Source of the DNA: an uncultured Lentimicrobiaceae bacterium
GTDB taxonomy: Bacteria; Bacteroidota; Bacteroidia; Bacteroidales; UBA4417
Direction: 5' to 3'
DNA: 64,000 bases
Assembly (NCBI GenBank): GCA_964420555.1
Contig: CAYQTT010000014.1
Location: 23,686 to 87,685, forward strand
Shown in pieces: positions 1-10,008 of this stretch (its first letter is position 1; each line of letters starts with the position of its first letter). Below the pieces are notes generated by a model. The model searched no databases. It saw nothing but the letters and a program-made list of their open reading frames with translations, and had not been told where the DNA came from. The position numbers and the translations under genes are program-made.

Positions 1-1650
1 TTTCAAGGCTTTATGTGGATTACAATGGATAGTTCATATGCGGTTAAGAAAATAGATATGACAGTAAATAAAGATATTAATTTAAACTGGGTAAAGGAAC
101 TAAGTATAAAACAGGATTTTGAAAAAATAAAGGATCAGGGCTATGTGTTGGTTTATGATGAATTTTCCGCTGATTTTGGAGTTTCTAAGAATAGTAAGAT
201 GGGTATCTTCGGACAGCGTTCTGTTTCCTATAAGGATTTTTTATTGAACAAAGCGCGTAAACCTTCGGATTACACTGGCGATGAGATTATAAAATCAGAC
301 AGCACTGAAAAACGCACTTTAAATTATTGGGAACAAAACAGGCCTGTGGCATTGTCAAAATCAGAGCAAGGTGTTTATAAGACTATTGATAGCGTTCAAA
401 AAGTACCAGTGTTCCGAAGAACTATGGACATAGTAATGCTACTATTTGCTGGATATAAAACCATTGGACCCTATTTTGAACTAGGTCCTGTAAGTGCCTT
501 TTATAGCTTTAATCCCGTAGAAGGTTTTAGATTACGTGTTGGAGGCAGAACCACTACTCAGTTTAGTAAAAAACTAAATCTCGAATCTTATGCCGCGTAT
601 GGGTTTAAGGATGAAAAATGGAAATATTATATTGGAACAACATATTCACTAAGTAAACGAAGTTTTAATGAGTTTCCGGTAAAATCACTGAAAGCAAGCT
701 ATCAGCATGAAACTAAAATTCCAGGGCAAGAACTTCAGTTTGTACAGGAAGATAACTTTTTACTTTCGTTTAAACGCGGGGTAAACGATAAGTGGTTGTA
801 CAACGATATTTACAACCTCGAATATCTGAATGAGTATAAAAACCACTTCTCTTTTGGAATCGGATATAAAAACTGGACCCAGGAAGCTGCCGGAGGCCTG
901 CATTTTAATACTCAGGATTATAATAATGCCAGCTATGATATTGAAAAACTACAAACGTCTGAAATATCGTTAACTTTTCGTTGGGCACCAAAAGAACAAT
1001 TTTACCAGGGAAAAGTATATAGAATTCCGATTTATAACAAATACCCTGTTTTTACCTTTAGGTTTATAAATGGGATAAAAGGATTGTTGGGTGGCGAATA
1101 TGATTACCAGAATATATCATTGACTATTTTCAAGAGGTTTAACTGGTCGCAGTTAGGATATACAAGTGTATTGGTAGAAGGCGGAAAAATTTTCGGAACA
1201 GTGCCTTTCCCACTTCTGGATATCCACAGGGCGAATCAAACTTATTCGTACCAACTGCAATCCTATAATTTAATGAATTTTTTAGAATTTGTAAGTGATC
1301 AATATGTAAGCGCTAACATTGACCATTACTTTAACGGATTCTTTTTTAATAAAATTCCATTGTTGAAAAAATTGAAATGGAGGGAAGCCGTTAGTTTGAA
1401 AATATTATATGGAAGTATAAGTAATGCGAATGACCCATCCAAAAATCCAGATGTTTATTTATTTCCGGTAAATGCCGATGGAATTACAACAACTTATAGC
1501 CTAAAAGAACAGCCATATATTGAGGGCAGTGTTGCAGTTGCAAATATTTTCAAATTCTTCAGGATTGATTTAGTGAAACGCTTTAATTACTTAGACCACC
1601 CTGATGTTCCGCAATTAGGTGTAAGAGTTCGGTTTAAATTTGATTTTTAA
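1..1650 (+). CDS. DUF5686-family outer-membrane beta-barrel protein, 5' truncated by the window edge
   Basis: Frame is open from base 1. Motif YNPVEGFRLRVGGRTT-like, amphipathic beta strands, terminal Phe (RFKFDF) typical of OMPs. Confidence 0.75.
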   Translation, partial: FQGFMWITMDSSYAVKKIDMTVNKDINLNWVKELSIKQDFEKIKDQGYVLVYDEFSADFGVSKNSKMGIFGQRSVSYKDFLLNKARKPSDYTGDEIIKSDSTEKRTLNYWEQNRPVALSKSEQGVYKTIDSVQKVPVFRRTMDIVMLLFAGYKTIGPYFELGPVSAFYSFNPVEGFRLRVGGRTTTQFSKKLNLESYAAYGFKDEKWKYYIGTTYSLSKRSFNEFPVKSLKASYQHETKIPGQELQFVQEDNFLLSFKRGVNDKWLYNDIYNLEYLNEYKNHFSFGIGYKNWTQEAAGGLHFNTQDYNNASYDIEKLQTSEISLTFRWAPKEQFYQGKVYRIPIYNKYPVFTFRFINGIKGLLGGEYDYQNISLTIFKRFNWSQLGYTSVLVEGGKIFGTVPFPLLDIHRANQTYSYQLQSYNLMNFLEFVSDQYVSANIDHYFNGFFFNKIPLLKKLKWREAVSLKILYGSISNANDPSKNPDVYLFPVNADGITTTYSLKEQPYIEGSVAVANIFKFFRIDLVKRFNYLDHPDVPQLGVRVRFKFDF

Positions 1651-1654
1651 TATT

Positions 1655-2356
1655 ATGAAAGCACGAGATTTCGCACAGAAAATGGTTTACCTTTTAATTA
1701 ACCCTTTGGTAAAATTATTGGTAAAACTTAGAATTACACCAAATATTATTACTACAACAGGCCTTGTCCTTAATATTGTTGCCGCTGTTATTTTTATTAC
1801 AGGCGGCGAACTGGGTGAACGAGGCGATCTATCTTATATCGGATGGGGTTGCGGTATGATACTTTTTGCCGGTTTATTCGATATGCTCGATGGACAGGTT
1901 GCCCGTCTTGGTAATATGGCCTCGCGTTTTGGCTCGCTTTATGATTCTGTATTAGACAGGTACAGCGAACTGATCATGTTTTTTGGTATTTGTTACTACC
2001 TGGTAGCCCACCATTATTTACTCAGTTCAATAATCGCGTTCATTGCCTTAATTGGATCAATGATGGTTAGTTATGTAAGGGCAAGGGCCGAAGGATTAGA
2101 TCTGGAATGCAAAGATGGATTGATGCAGCGTCCCGAAAGAATAATTATAATTTCCGTTTCCGGTATAATTTGTGGAATATTTTCAGCCTTTTCCGGAGGC
2201 AATCAAACACTGAATGATCACTGGCTTACTTTTATCCACGTCGAAACCATATCCATTTTCATTTTTCCCATTGTATTAGTCGCTCTGTTAGCTAATATAA
2301 CAGCCCTTAAACGATTGGATAATTGCAAAAAACAATTGGACAAAAAACATATTTAA
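1655..2356 (+). CDS. CDP-alcohol phosphatidyltransferase (probable phosphatidylinositol-phosphate synthase)
   Basis: Signature DxxDGxxAR...GxxxDxxxD (DMLDGQVAR...GSLYDSVLDRY). ATG at 1655. Neighbour is an IPC-synthase-like gene. Confidence 0.85.
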   Translation: MKARDFAQKMVYLLINPLVKLLVKLRITPNIITTTGLVLNIVAAVIFITGGELGERGDLSYIGWGCGMILFAGLFDMLDGQVARLGNMASRFGSLYDSVLDRYSELIMFFGICYYLVAHHYLLSSIIAFIALIGSMMVSYVRARAEGLDLECKDGLMQRPERIIIISVSGIICGIFSAFSGGNQTLNDHWLTFIHVETISIFIFPIVLVALLANITALKRLDNCKKQLDKKHI

Positions 2357-2902
2357 ATGAAAGACATAAGAAATACATATCTTGTTTTAATACTAGCAAT
2401 TTTAGTTGGTAATACTATTCCGGCAAGTGCCCAGAACAATTATCCTGTTCCGGTTCAAACGGATAAGTTACTGTTCTATTTCCAACGGAGCCACAACAAG
2501 AACACGGTTATTTACGAACTAAACACCTTACCTGATGGAACTATTAACCTTGGTAAACCTATTAATGCATACTGGATAAGGTACGAGGAAGGAGGTATGA
2601 GAAAAGAACTATCATTCATCCAGCTCAAAGCATTTGGTTTACAATGTAAACTGGTTGATAAAGCAAATAAAAGCTTTATCGTACATTTTAACAGCGTTAA
2701 GGATAGGGAAATATCCCTTCTGAAAATAGGAAACTGTTACAAAGCATTTATTACTATTAACGGCGAAATCGCTGAACTTACCAAAATGTACGTAAAAGCC
2801 GAAAACAATTCAATAGGTATCCCCTTAAAAGTCAACTTTGTTGAGATTTCAGGCATTAACCCAAGGACCGGAAAATGTGTAACCGAAAAATATTTGCCTT
2901 AA
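2357..2902 (+). CDS. DUF4833-like secreted protein
   Basis: Signal peptide ending ASA-Q; LFYFQRSHNKNTVIYE and ELSFIQ.KAFG motifs recalled for DUF4833. Confidence 0.65.
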   Translation: MKDIRNTYLVLILAILVGNTIPASAQNNYPVPVQTDKLLFYFQRSHNKNTVIYELNTLPDGTINLGKPINAYWIRYEEGGMRKELSFIQLKAFGLQCKLVDKANKSFIVHFNSVKDREISLLKIGNCYKAFITINGEIAELTKMYVKAENNSIGIPLKVNFVEISGINPRTGKCVTEKYLP

Positions 2903-2903
2903 A

Positions 2904-3869
2904 ATGTATATGAAAACATTTAAGAATCTTTCAATAACTCAAAAAACGACAGCCGGAGTTGTTTTATTTTCGATCCTATATCTTTCACTTACTTCATTTA
3001 TCCAGGGTTTGCGGATTGAAAACTTGATAATCATTGGCATATACAATCTTTGCTATTTTGCAAACCAAATGTCAAGGAGATTCATCCTGGCTTTTTCCAT
3101 TTTCGTAGTTTTTGCAATTCTTTACGATTTGATGAAAATCTACCCTAATTATCTCATAAACAAAGTAGATATTTCAGGGTTGTTTCATTTCGAACAAAAA
3201 ATGTTTGGATTTAATAAAGATGGCGTTTTTTATACTTTAAATCAGTATTTTTCCTTGCATAATACCCCCTTCCTCGATTTGATAAGTGGCTTGTTTTATA
3301 TAAACTGGATACCTGTTCCTTTAGCTTTTGCACTTTACCTTTACTTTACAAATAAACAGCAGTTTCTACATTTCTCTCTTACATTTTTTCTGGTCAATTT
3401 ACTGGGATTTTGTATTTATTACATCCATCCGGCTGCTCCTCCCTGGTATGTCAACTTGTATCATTTTAACCTGCATCTTGACGTACCAGGTAATACAGCT
3501 GGACTGGCAAGATTCGATAAACTTGTCCATTTTCCTATCTTCCATTTGATCTATGCCCGTAACTCTAATGTTTTTGCAGCATTGCCTTCGTTGCACAGCG
3601 CTTATCCTGTTGTAGTTCTTTATTACGGAATAAAAAACAAATTGGGTTGGATCAACTGGCTCCTGGCATTATTCATGACAGGCATATGGTTTGCAGCTGT
3701 TTATTCAGGTCATCATTATGTAACAGATGTTCTGGCTGGAATTATCTGCGCAGGTATAGGGCTACTAATCTTTCATAAAATTTTGTTAAACACAGTACTA
3801 TTTCAAAAGTGGATCACTAATTACGAACAATTAATTTCTCCTTCTATTCTGTTACACAAAACAGAATAA
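2904..3869 (+). CDS. Aur1/IPT1-like inositol phosphorylceramide synthase (PAP2 superfamily)
   Basis: Motifs HPAAPPWY, PSLH and HHYVTD; multiple TM helices. Confidence 0.85.
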   Translation: MYMKTFKNLSITQKTTAGVVLFSILYLSLTSFIQGLRIENLIIIGIYNLCYFANQMSRRFILAFSIFVVFAILYDLMKIYPNYLINKVDISGLFHFEQKMFGFNKDGVFYTLNQYFSLHNTPFLDLISGLFYINWIPVPLAFALYLYFTNKQQFLHFSLTFFLVNLLGFCIYYIHPAAPPWYVNLYHFNLHLDVPGNTAGLARFDKLVHFPIFHLIYARNSNVFAALPSLHSAYPVVVLYYGIKNKLGWINWLLALFMTGIWFAAVYSGHHYVTDVLAGIICAGIGLLIFHKILLNTVLFQKWITNYEQLISPSILLHKTE

Positions 3870-4426
3870 AAGTGATTTTTCGAGTTCGTATTTGGACTCT
3901 TTAATACTTTTTTCAGCTGGATTAGATGGCTTTTAATGATATGCCAATATATTTACATTCCTACAGATGTGAATCATTTGCAGCCCAATTCACGAAGAAG
4001 CCATTCATAGTGAAATATAGGAAAGCAAACTGAAACCCGAAAAGAAAAATCTGAATTTCGGAAACGCTTTGAGAAAAGGTAAAACAAATGGAAATAATTA
4101 TACAAAAGGAAAATGATAAATAAAGGGGAATAAATCTCATTTATGATTATGTGAACTCTATATGTTAAAATCAAACGTTTCGCTATCTTTGAAGAGTCAA
4201 TACGGAAGTAGTAGTTGCAAACGAATAAACATATTTGTGTTAAAGATATAATACATATCAGGCTCATTAGCAGGTAAATAAATACATATTCTTATCCCTT
4301 ACCGTTGAACCACTAAGCAGATGTAACATTTATGACCCAAGAAAAAATATAGTTTTAGTTATAGCGTAAATATACTTAATGCATTGATTATAAATGTCGA
4401 TAGTATTTTAAAAAAAGATTAAACAT

Positions 4427-5089
4427 ATGATTCAAGCACATCCAACAAATAAAGGTACTGGTATTGAAATATATGGAGATTATGGGGATTTGTCAAATCT
4501 TTATGAAACCGTTCGTAAAATAGCACATAGATCAGAAGAGTATGACGCTACATTTAAAGGTCAATTCCAAATACTTATGAATTTTGCGTATGAGATACGA
4601 AAAGCATATTCAAATGAAAGGCTTTACCAGAAGATGTCGTATGATTCTGATCATGACGTATACTATTTTGGCTTTCAGTATCTTTGGACAGATTTATTAT
4701 TTACGATATCAGCATTAAGATATAATGCCGGCTATGTCCCTTTAACCGAATTAGATCAGGCTACTTTATACTTACTCGAATTCTTTACCAAAAAAGCACT
4801 TATTGAGTTTGATCCTCAAGGTGCTGAAAATATTCAACATTTCATTGGGCAATGATTGGATACAAACGATGAATTAATTTTCCTTATTAATGGAGCAATA
4901 GACTCAGAATATTTGTCTGAGAAGCCTTCTATAAGAAGGTTTAGAAATATCCCAAATCTCCTTATTAGTTTTTCAAGCCATCTTGATAAATATAGAAGGT
5001 TTAAACTGGATTTACAGATACGGGCTGATGAATTAAATTGCGGAATCCTGGATATTGAATATGAAAACTTACCAGATGTGATTTGGTAG
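4427..5089 (+). pseudogene. DUF6904-like protein interrupted by an in-frame TGA at 4853-4855
   Basis: ORFs 4427-4855 and 4856-5089 are in the same frame, separated only by one TGA (CAA TGA TTG GAT). N-terminus GTGIEIYGDYGDLxxLYETV recalled for this family. Confidence 0.55.
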
Positions 5090-5296
5090 ATGCATATCGA
5101 TCTACTAGATCATTAATAAAGAAAACCAAGATTAGTAATCATTCCAAAGACAGTTTAAAGTTCAAATCTCTTTCAGTAGCAGGCATTTTTTTTTCTCTTT
5201 CTACTAATTTCATTAGTAATAGGATATTAATTTTGATAATTCTAAAAATCGTATATTTGTACTTCGATTAAATTAATCAATTAAAAAATTGCAACT

Positions 5297-5500
5297 ATGG
5301 CTGACAATCTTAAAGACACAGGACACCCGGATAAGGATTTAATTAACATGAACGAAATTTGGGAAGTTTCGTATTGGTCAAAAAAATGGGGTATTACCAT
5401 TGAACAGCTAAAACAAGCTGGCCGAAAAGCAAACAACAGTGGGGTTCGTAAAATACATGATGCCGCAGTTTCACTGGGTTTTATGAGACCAAAAATATAG
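5297..5500 (+). CDS. DUF3606 small protein
   Basis: DxINMNExWEVxYWSKKWGITxEQLKxA motif. Confidence 0.8.
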   Translation: MADNLKDTGHPDKDLINMNEIWEVSYWSKKWGITIEQLKQAGRKANNSGVRKIHDAAVSLGFMRPKI

Positions 5501-5690
5501 ATACGTCTCCATTCAGCGTTATCGCTGACTGCACAATTAAAAGTAGTCCGATATATGCTTTGCTGTTTACTCATAACTTTTTGATGGAATACTCCAGCAT
5601 GTCTGAGGCTTTTGCCTTTTTATCTTATATATTTTAACAGCCGTCCTTTACAAAAAATGTTAAAATTATGTCAATTCTAGAAAAAATCTA

Positions 5691-5723
5691 TATCTTTGTA
5701 CTCAAAAACAATTATAGTACAAA
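5691..5723 (+). promoter_or_regulatory. Bacteroidota -7 box (TATCTTTG, 5691-5698) overlapping a 29-bp palindromic operator upstream of tetR
   Basis: TTTGTACT-N13-AGTACAAA at 5695-5723, 6 bp before the tetR ATG. Confidence 0.7.
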
Positions 5724-5729
5724 TAAACT

Positions 5730-6311
5730 ATGATCATAGATACTACCAGAGATTCAATTTTAAGTGTAGCAACCAGGTTGTTTAGTCGTTTTGGGTTTCA
5801 TAAAACTTCTATGGACGAAATTGCTAAAATTGCCAGGAAGGCGAAAGGATCTTTGTATTATCATTTTGCTAGTAAAGAAGAGTTATTCAAAGAGGTAGTA
5901 TCAATGGAAATGGTAAACCTCAAAAACCAATTATCCCTTATAATTAGTAATCCTGATTTAAGCGCTGCGTTGAAAATCAAGGAATATCTTATTAAAAGAA
6001 TGGAAGTTATAAATACTGCTGCAAATTATCATGAAATACTTAGAGCTGACTTCTTTGAACACTTCGATTTCATTGATGATTTACGGACTCAATTAGATAT
6101 CTGGGAAAAGGAAAATCTGAAAAAGATTATTGTACAAGGAGTCGACAGTGGTGAATTCTCTAATATTGTAGATATTGATATTTTAATCGATATGTTACTT
6201 ATGACGCTGAAAGGATTTGAGATACCATTCTTCCTGCAAAGCAAATATGAGAAATATGCTCCTTATTTTGATGGTTTAATGGGAATAGTAATAAAAGGAA
6301 TGGCAAAATAA
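5730..6311 (+). CDS. TetR/AcrR family transcriptional regulator
   Basis: N-terminal HTH (GFHKTSMDEIAKIARKAKGSLYYHFASKEELF). Confidence 0.92.
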   Translation: MIIDTTRDSILSVATRLFSRFGFHKTSMDEIAKIARKAKGSLYYHFASKEELFKEVVSMEMVNLKNQLSLIISNPDLSAALKIKEYLIKRMEVINTAANYHEILRADFFEHFDFIDDLRTQLDIWEKENLKKIIVQGVDSGEFSNIVDIDILIDMLLMTLKGFEIPFFLQSKYEKYAPYFDGLMGIVIKGMAK

Positions 6312-6383
6312 TTTTTTTTACTCTGAAATGACTAAAAAACAATATTAGTATAAATAGTGCTTTAATTTGAAAATTTATTTGTT

Positions 6384-7223
6384 ATGCGAATAACAGGGAT
6401 AAGTAAAAGTGAGTATAACTTTAAAAACAAGGTTATTGTAATAACCGGTGCTTCCTCCGGAATAGGAAAAGCATGTGCTTTTGAATTTGCCGGCCAAGGT
6501 GCAAAGGTAGTGCTTGCTGCCAGAAATATAGCTGAACTGGAAATCATTGAAGACATAATCAACAAGCAGGGTGGTGATGCATACGCTGTAAAAACAGATG
6601 TCAGGAACTTTGAAGACTGCAAGAAATTAATTGATAAAACGGTTGAAAAATACGATAAAATAGATATACTCATTAACAATGCAGGGATTTCAATGAGATC
6701 AACTTTCGAAGATTTGGATTTATCTGTCATAAAAGAAGTGATGGATACAAATTTTTATGGAGCCGTTTACTGTACCAAACTTGCATTACCTTATTTATTA
6801 AAACAAAAAGGAACAGTAATCGGAATCTCTTCTATTTCAGGGCTAACCCCTTTACCGGGTCGAACGGGGTACTGTGCATCAAAATATGCTTTGGATGGAT
6901 TTTTGAACACGCTACGTATGGAAAACATAAAAAAAGGACTAAATGTATTACTCGTTCATCCGGGTTTTACAAGCTCAAATATCCGAAAGTCTGCTTTAAC
7001 CCATAGCGGCATGACTCAGAATGAAACACCCAGGGATGAAAAAAAGATGATGTCATCTGAAAGAGTTGCCCATAGTATTGCAGATGCAACTTATAAACGG
7101 TATCGGGATTTGATTCTGACAAACCAGGGAAAGCTTGTTGTCTGGCTTTATAATATTTCTCCAGGTATAACTGACAGGATCATACTAAAAGAAATGTCAA
7201 AAGAACCGGATTCAGTCTTTTAA
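6384..7223 (+). CDS. Short-chain dehydrogenase/reductase
   Basis: TGASSGIG, NNAG and YCASK motifs. Confidence 0.92.
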   Translation: MRITGISKSEYNFKNKVIVITGASSGIGKACAFEFAGQGAKVVLAARNIAELEIIEDIINKQGGDAYAVKTDVRNFEDCKKLIDKTVEKYDKIDILINNAGISMRSTFEDLDLSVIKEVMDTNFYGAVYCTKLALPYLLKQKGTVIGISSISGLTPLPGRTGYCASKYALDGFLNTLRMENIKKGLNVLLVHPGFTSSNIRKSALTHSGMTQNETPRDEKKMMSSERVAHSIADATYKRYRDLILTNQGKLVVWLYNISPGITDRIILKEMSKEPDSVF

Positions 7224-7277
7224 TTTTTTTTACTTACTGGCGACCAGAAAACGAATTTAGTTCAAAAAATTAATGAG

Positions 7278-7451
7278 GTGAAAACAAAACTATTAATAAA
7301 AGAATTTGTACAGGATAAAATTGTTGGCGCCATTGCTTCAACTTCGAATCGCATAGTTGAAAAAGATATGGGTAGATTTTTCCCACCAACCGACATGATA
7401 TTATGGCGATCCTTTAGCTCACGAATACTTGTGAAAATAAGAAAGATGTGA
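7278..7451 (+). pseudogene. Possible 5' remnant of a PmtA-like phospholipid methyltransferase
   Basis: Short GTG-started ORF (57 aa, not in ORF track) beginning KEFVQDKIVGAIASTSNRIVEK, similar to N-termini of that family, then diverging. Confidence 0.3.
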
Positions 7452-7677
7452 GTAACTAGCGAAGCGATTTCATTAACAGCTTTGAAATCAATTACAACGT
7501 TAATAATTCCATCTGACCTTTAAAAATCACCTGCGAAGCAAGCATTAATGCAGCTGAAAATAAGCAATCAAATAATAAATTAATAACAGATGAGACTTTG
7601 TTTAACTGACTTGAAAAGTACATTCAATCGCTTTCAAAAATTAGCTTTATGATAACATTTACTTAAGACAATGTAAG

Positions 7678-8304
7678 ATGAAAAATCAATTGAGCAAAAT
7701 AATTTTGGTAGTAGTATTTATTGCCATCGCGGTTATTAAATCTTTCGGGCAAGTTGATCTTGGCATCAAGAGCGGAATAAATATCTCGACACAATCCGAA
7801 CTTGGAAATCTTTGTAACAATAATAATTTAATCGCTGGATTTAATATCGGAGGAATTGTCCGTTACCATGTAAATGACTGGTTAGCTTTAAAGAGTGATT
7901 TCATGTACAGTCAAAAAGGCAAAGAGTATCATAGCACAATTGCAAATAACTCAAATGTAATTACAGATAGATTCAACTATGTAATTATCCCTGTAAAGGC
8001 TGAGTATTCAATAAATACCGGCACTGCCCCAGGCAATAAACAGAAACTGTTTCTTGCCGCAGGTCCTTATTATGGGTTTCTTTTAAATGCTGACAGGGAG
8101 AACAATAGCGCAAACACCAACCTGAAAGAAATAACTGCAAACAATGATTATGGATTGAGTTTTGATTTAGGATTTGAATTTCCTGTAAAAAGCAGATCAA
8201 TTACTGCTGGCATTAATTATGAAATAGGATTATCAAAAATTGCGCAATACGACGATGAATTGCGGAATAAGACAGTCTCGTGCAATATTGGATTTATTTT
8301 TTGA
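7678..8304 (+). CDS. Porin-family outer-membrane beta-barrel protein
   Basis: Signal peptide; GIKSGINIS start; FxAAGPYYGFL motif; terminal F. Confidence 0.8.
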   Translation: MKNQLSKIILVVVFIAIAVIKSFGQVDLGIKSGINISTQSELGNLCNNNNLIAGFNIGGIVRYHVNDWLALKSDFMYSQKGKEYHSTIANNSNVITDRFNYVIIPVKAEYSINTGTAPGNKQKLFLAAGPYYGFLLNADRENNSANTNLKEITANNDYGLSFDLGFEFPVKSRSITAGINYEIGLSKIAQYDDELRNKTVSCNIGFIF

Positions 8305-8373
8305 TAAGAAATGAATCTGAATCTTTAATTTAACTCAGTTTGAAGTAAAGCAACTTAATTAATGCGTTGATAA

Positions 8374-8610
8374 TTGGCCAAACACGATACTATGAAGATT
8401 CTGGAATACATAATTGTCGGTGCGTTTGTTATTGGCCTTGCTTTAGTAGTGGGAATAGGCTTTTTACAAATGATTGATGTAGTAAAAATAGCAATAATCT
8501 CTTTTCTGAGGAAACGGCATTTTTCAAATAAATGGAATACACTTCTGGTCGGCATAATTTTGGTTCTTCTCGTAAGTCTGGTCATAATTGCATATCATTT
8601 CTTCGCTTAA
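8374..8610 (+). CDS. Small two-TM hypothetical protein
   Basis: 78-aa ORF with two hydrophobic segments, co-oriented with neighbours. Confidence 0.4.
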   Translation: MAKHDTMKILEYIIVGAFVIGLALVVGIGFLQMIDVVKIAIISFLRKRHFSNKWNTLLVGIILVLLVSLVIIAYHFFA

Positions 8611-8757
8611 TTACGATGTAAACAAATAAATATGATTTCCAAATTCTAAAACTCAATTTTGACCCCTCCAGTAAAGTGAGCTACAGCTTCTGAATTTGAG
8701 TAACGAAAAATAAGCATGCGAATTAGATTAAAAATTAGGATTTGAAAAACCAGTAAA

Positions 8758-8997
8758 ATGTCACGAAAGGAAATTGAAACTATTTTAACTGAAATACTAA
8801 TGGATAAATTAGAAATTCCTGAAACTAAAATCAGTCTTGAATCAACCATGAAGGATTTAGGTGCTGATAGTCTACAGGAAGTTGAAATAATTCTTGAAAT
8901 CGAACAAAAATTTACCATTTCTATTCCGGACGATCTTGAAATGGAAGCTCAAAAAATTTCAAGTCTTTGCAATTTTATTGAAAAGAAATTGTCATAA
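8758..8997 (+). CDS. Acyl carrier protein 1
   Basis: Acidic 79-aa protein with DLGADSL phosphopantetheine motif. Confidence 0.9.
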   Translation: MSRKEIETILTEILMDKLEIPETKISLESTMKDLGADSLQEVEIILEIEQKFTISIPDDLEMEAQKISSLCNFIEKKLS

Positions 8998-9156
8998 TAA
9001 CCAACAATTCAACATATTTTAAAACACATGGTGAACAATGCATTGATTGTAAACACTTCAAAACCACAATCACAAAGGTTATCCTGTTGAAAACAAGAAC
9101 AAGGAGATTAAAATATTACAGCAATTTAACAGAGTAAATTAATAAAAACCCAAACA

Positions 9157-9393
9157 ATGAAACTTCAGGAAATTGAAACTATCGTATCTAAAATAATAAT
9201 GGAAAAATTAGGAATTTCTGAAGCTGATATCAGTCATGAATCAACTTTAAAAGATTTAGGCGCCAACGATCTTCAGGAAGTTGAAATAATTCTTGAAATC
9301 GAACAAGAATTTGGCATTTCTATTCCCGACTATCTTGAACCCGAAATTTTTAAAATTTCAACCCTTTGCGATTATATTAAAAAGAAGGTATAA
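9157..9393 (+). CDS. Acyl carrier protein paralogue lacking the conserved Ser
   Basis: Close paralogue of 8758-8997 (33-bp identical stretch) but the motif reads DLGANDL. Confidence 0.8.
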   Translation: MKLQEIETIVSKIIMEKLGISEADISHESTLKDLGANDLQEVEIILEIEQEFGISIPDYLEPEIFKISTLCDYIKKKV

Positions 9394-9456
9394 TTGGGTT
9401 TAATAAGACTGCTGTTTCACAAAATAAAAATACAATCAAATTAATTAAGTTTAAAA

Positions 9457-10005
9457 ATGAGAACTATTTCCAAATTTGTACTAACTGGTGTTTTAGGCTG
9501 GAAAACAAAAGGCGAATTCCCTGACATTAAAAAATCCGTTGTAATATTTGCGCCGCACACAAGTTATTGGGATGGTTTCTATGGCAAGCTTTATTTGATG
9601 CAGTTGGGTATTAAGTATAAGTTTTTAGTAAAAAAAGATTTTTTCAGATTTCCGTTAAAGTACTTTTTCAGAATTTTTGGCTCTATCCCTGTGTATCAAA
9701 ACAAAGAATATGTTGATTACGTTGCCGGATTATTTAACAATAGCAAAGAGCTACATATAGTGTTGTCGCCGGAAGGACAACTGGCAAAAATCACACGTTG
9801 GAAAAAAGGATATTACTATATGGCCCAAAAAGCAAATGTGCCAATTATAGTCGCATATCTTGATTACAAGAAAAAAGAAATCGGAATTAAGGGAGTAATC
9901 GATAATCTCGAAAATCTAAATACTGTGATGTACCAAATAAATACAATGTATAAAGATGTAACAGCAAAATATACTGAAAATTTTTCACTTGAATTTAAAA
10001 TGTAG
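9457..10005 (+). CDS. PlsC-like lysophospholipid acyltransferase
   Basis: PHTSYWD (HxxxxD) and SPEG motifs. Confidence 0.85.
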   Translation: MRTISKFVLTGVLGWKTKGEFPDIKKSVVIFAPHTSYWDGFYGKLYLMQLGIKYKFLVKKDFFRFPLKYFFRIFGSIPVYQNKEYVDYVAGLFNNSKELHIVLSPEGQLAKITRWKKGYYYMAQKANVPIIVAYLDYKKKEIGIKGVIDNLENLNTVMYQINTMYKDVTAKYTENFSLEFKM

Positions 10006-10008
10006 AAT

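Noticed and set aside
3974-4267. 97-aa minus-strand ORF in the intergenic gap
   Set aside because: Low-complexity F/I/L/Y-rich translation typical of AT-rich non-coding DNA; no motif.
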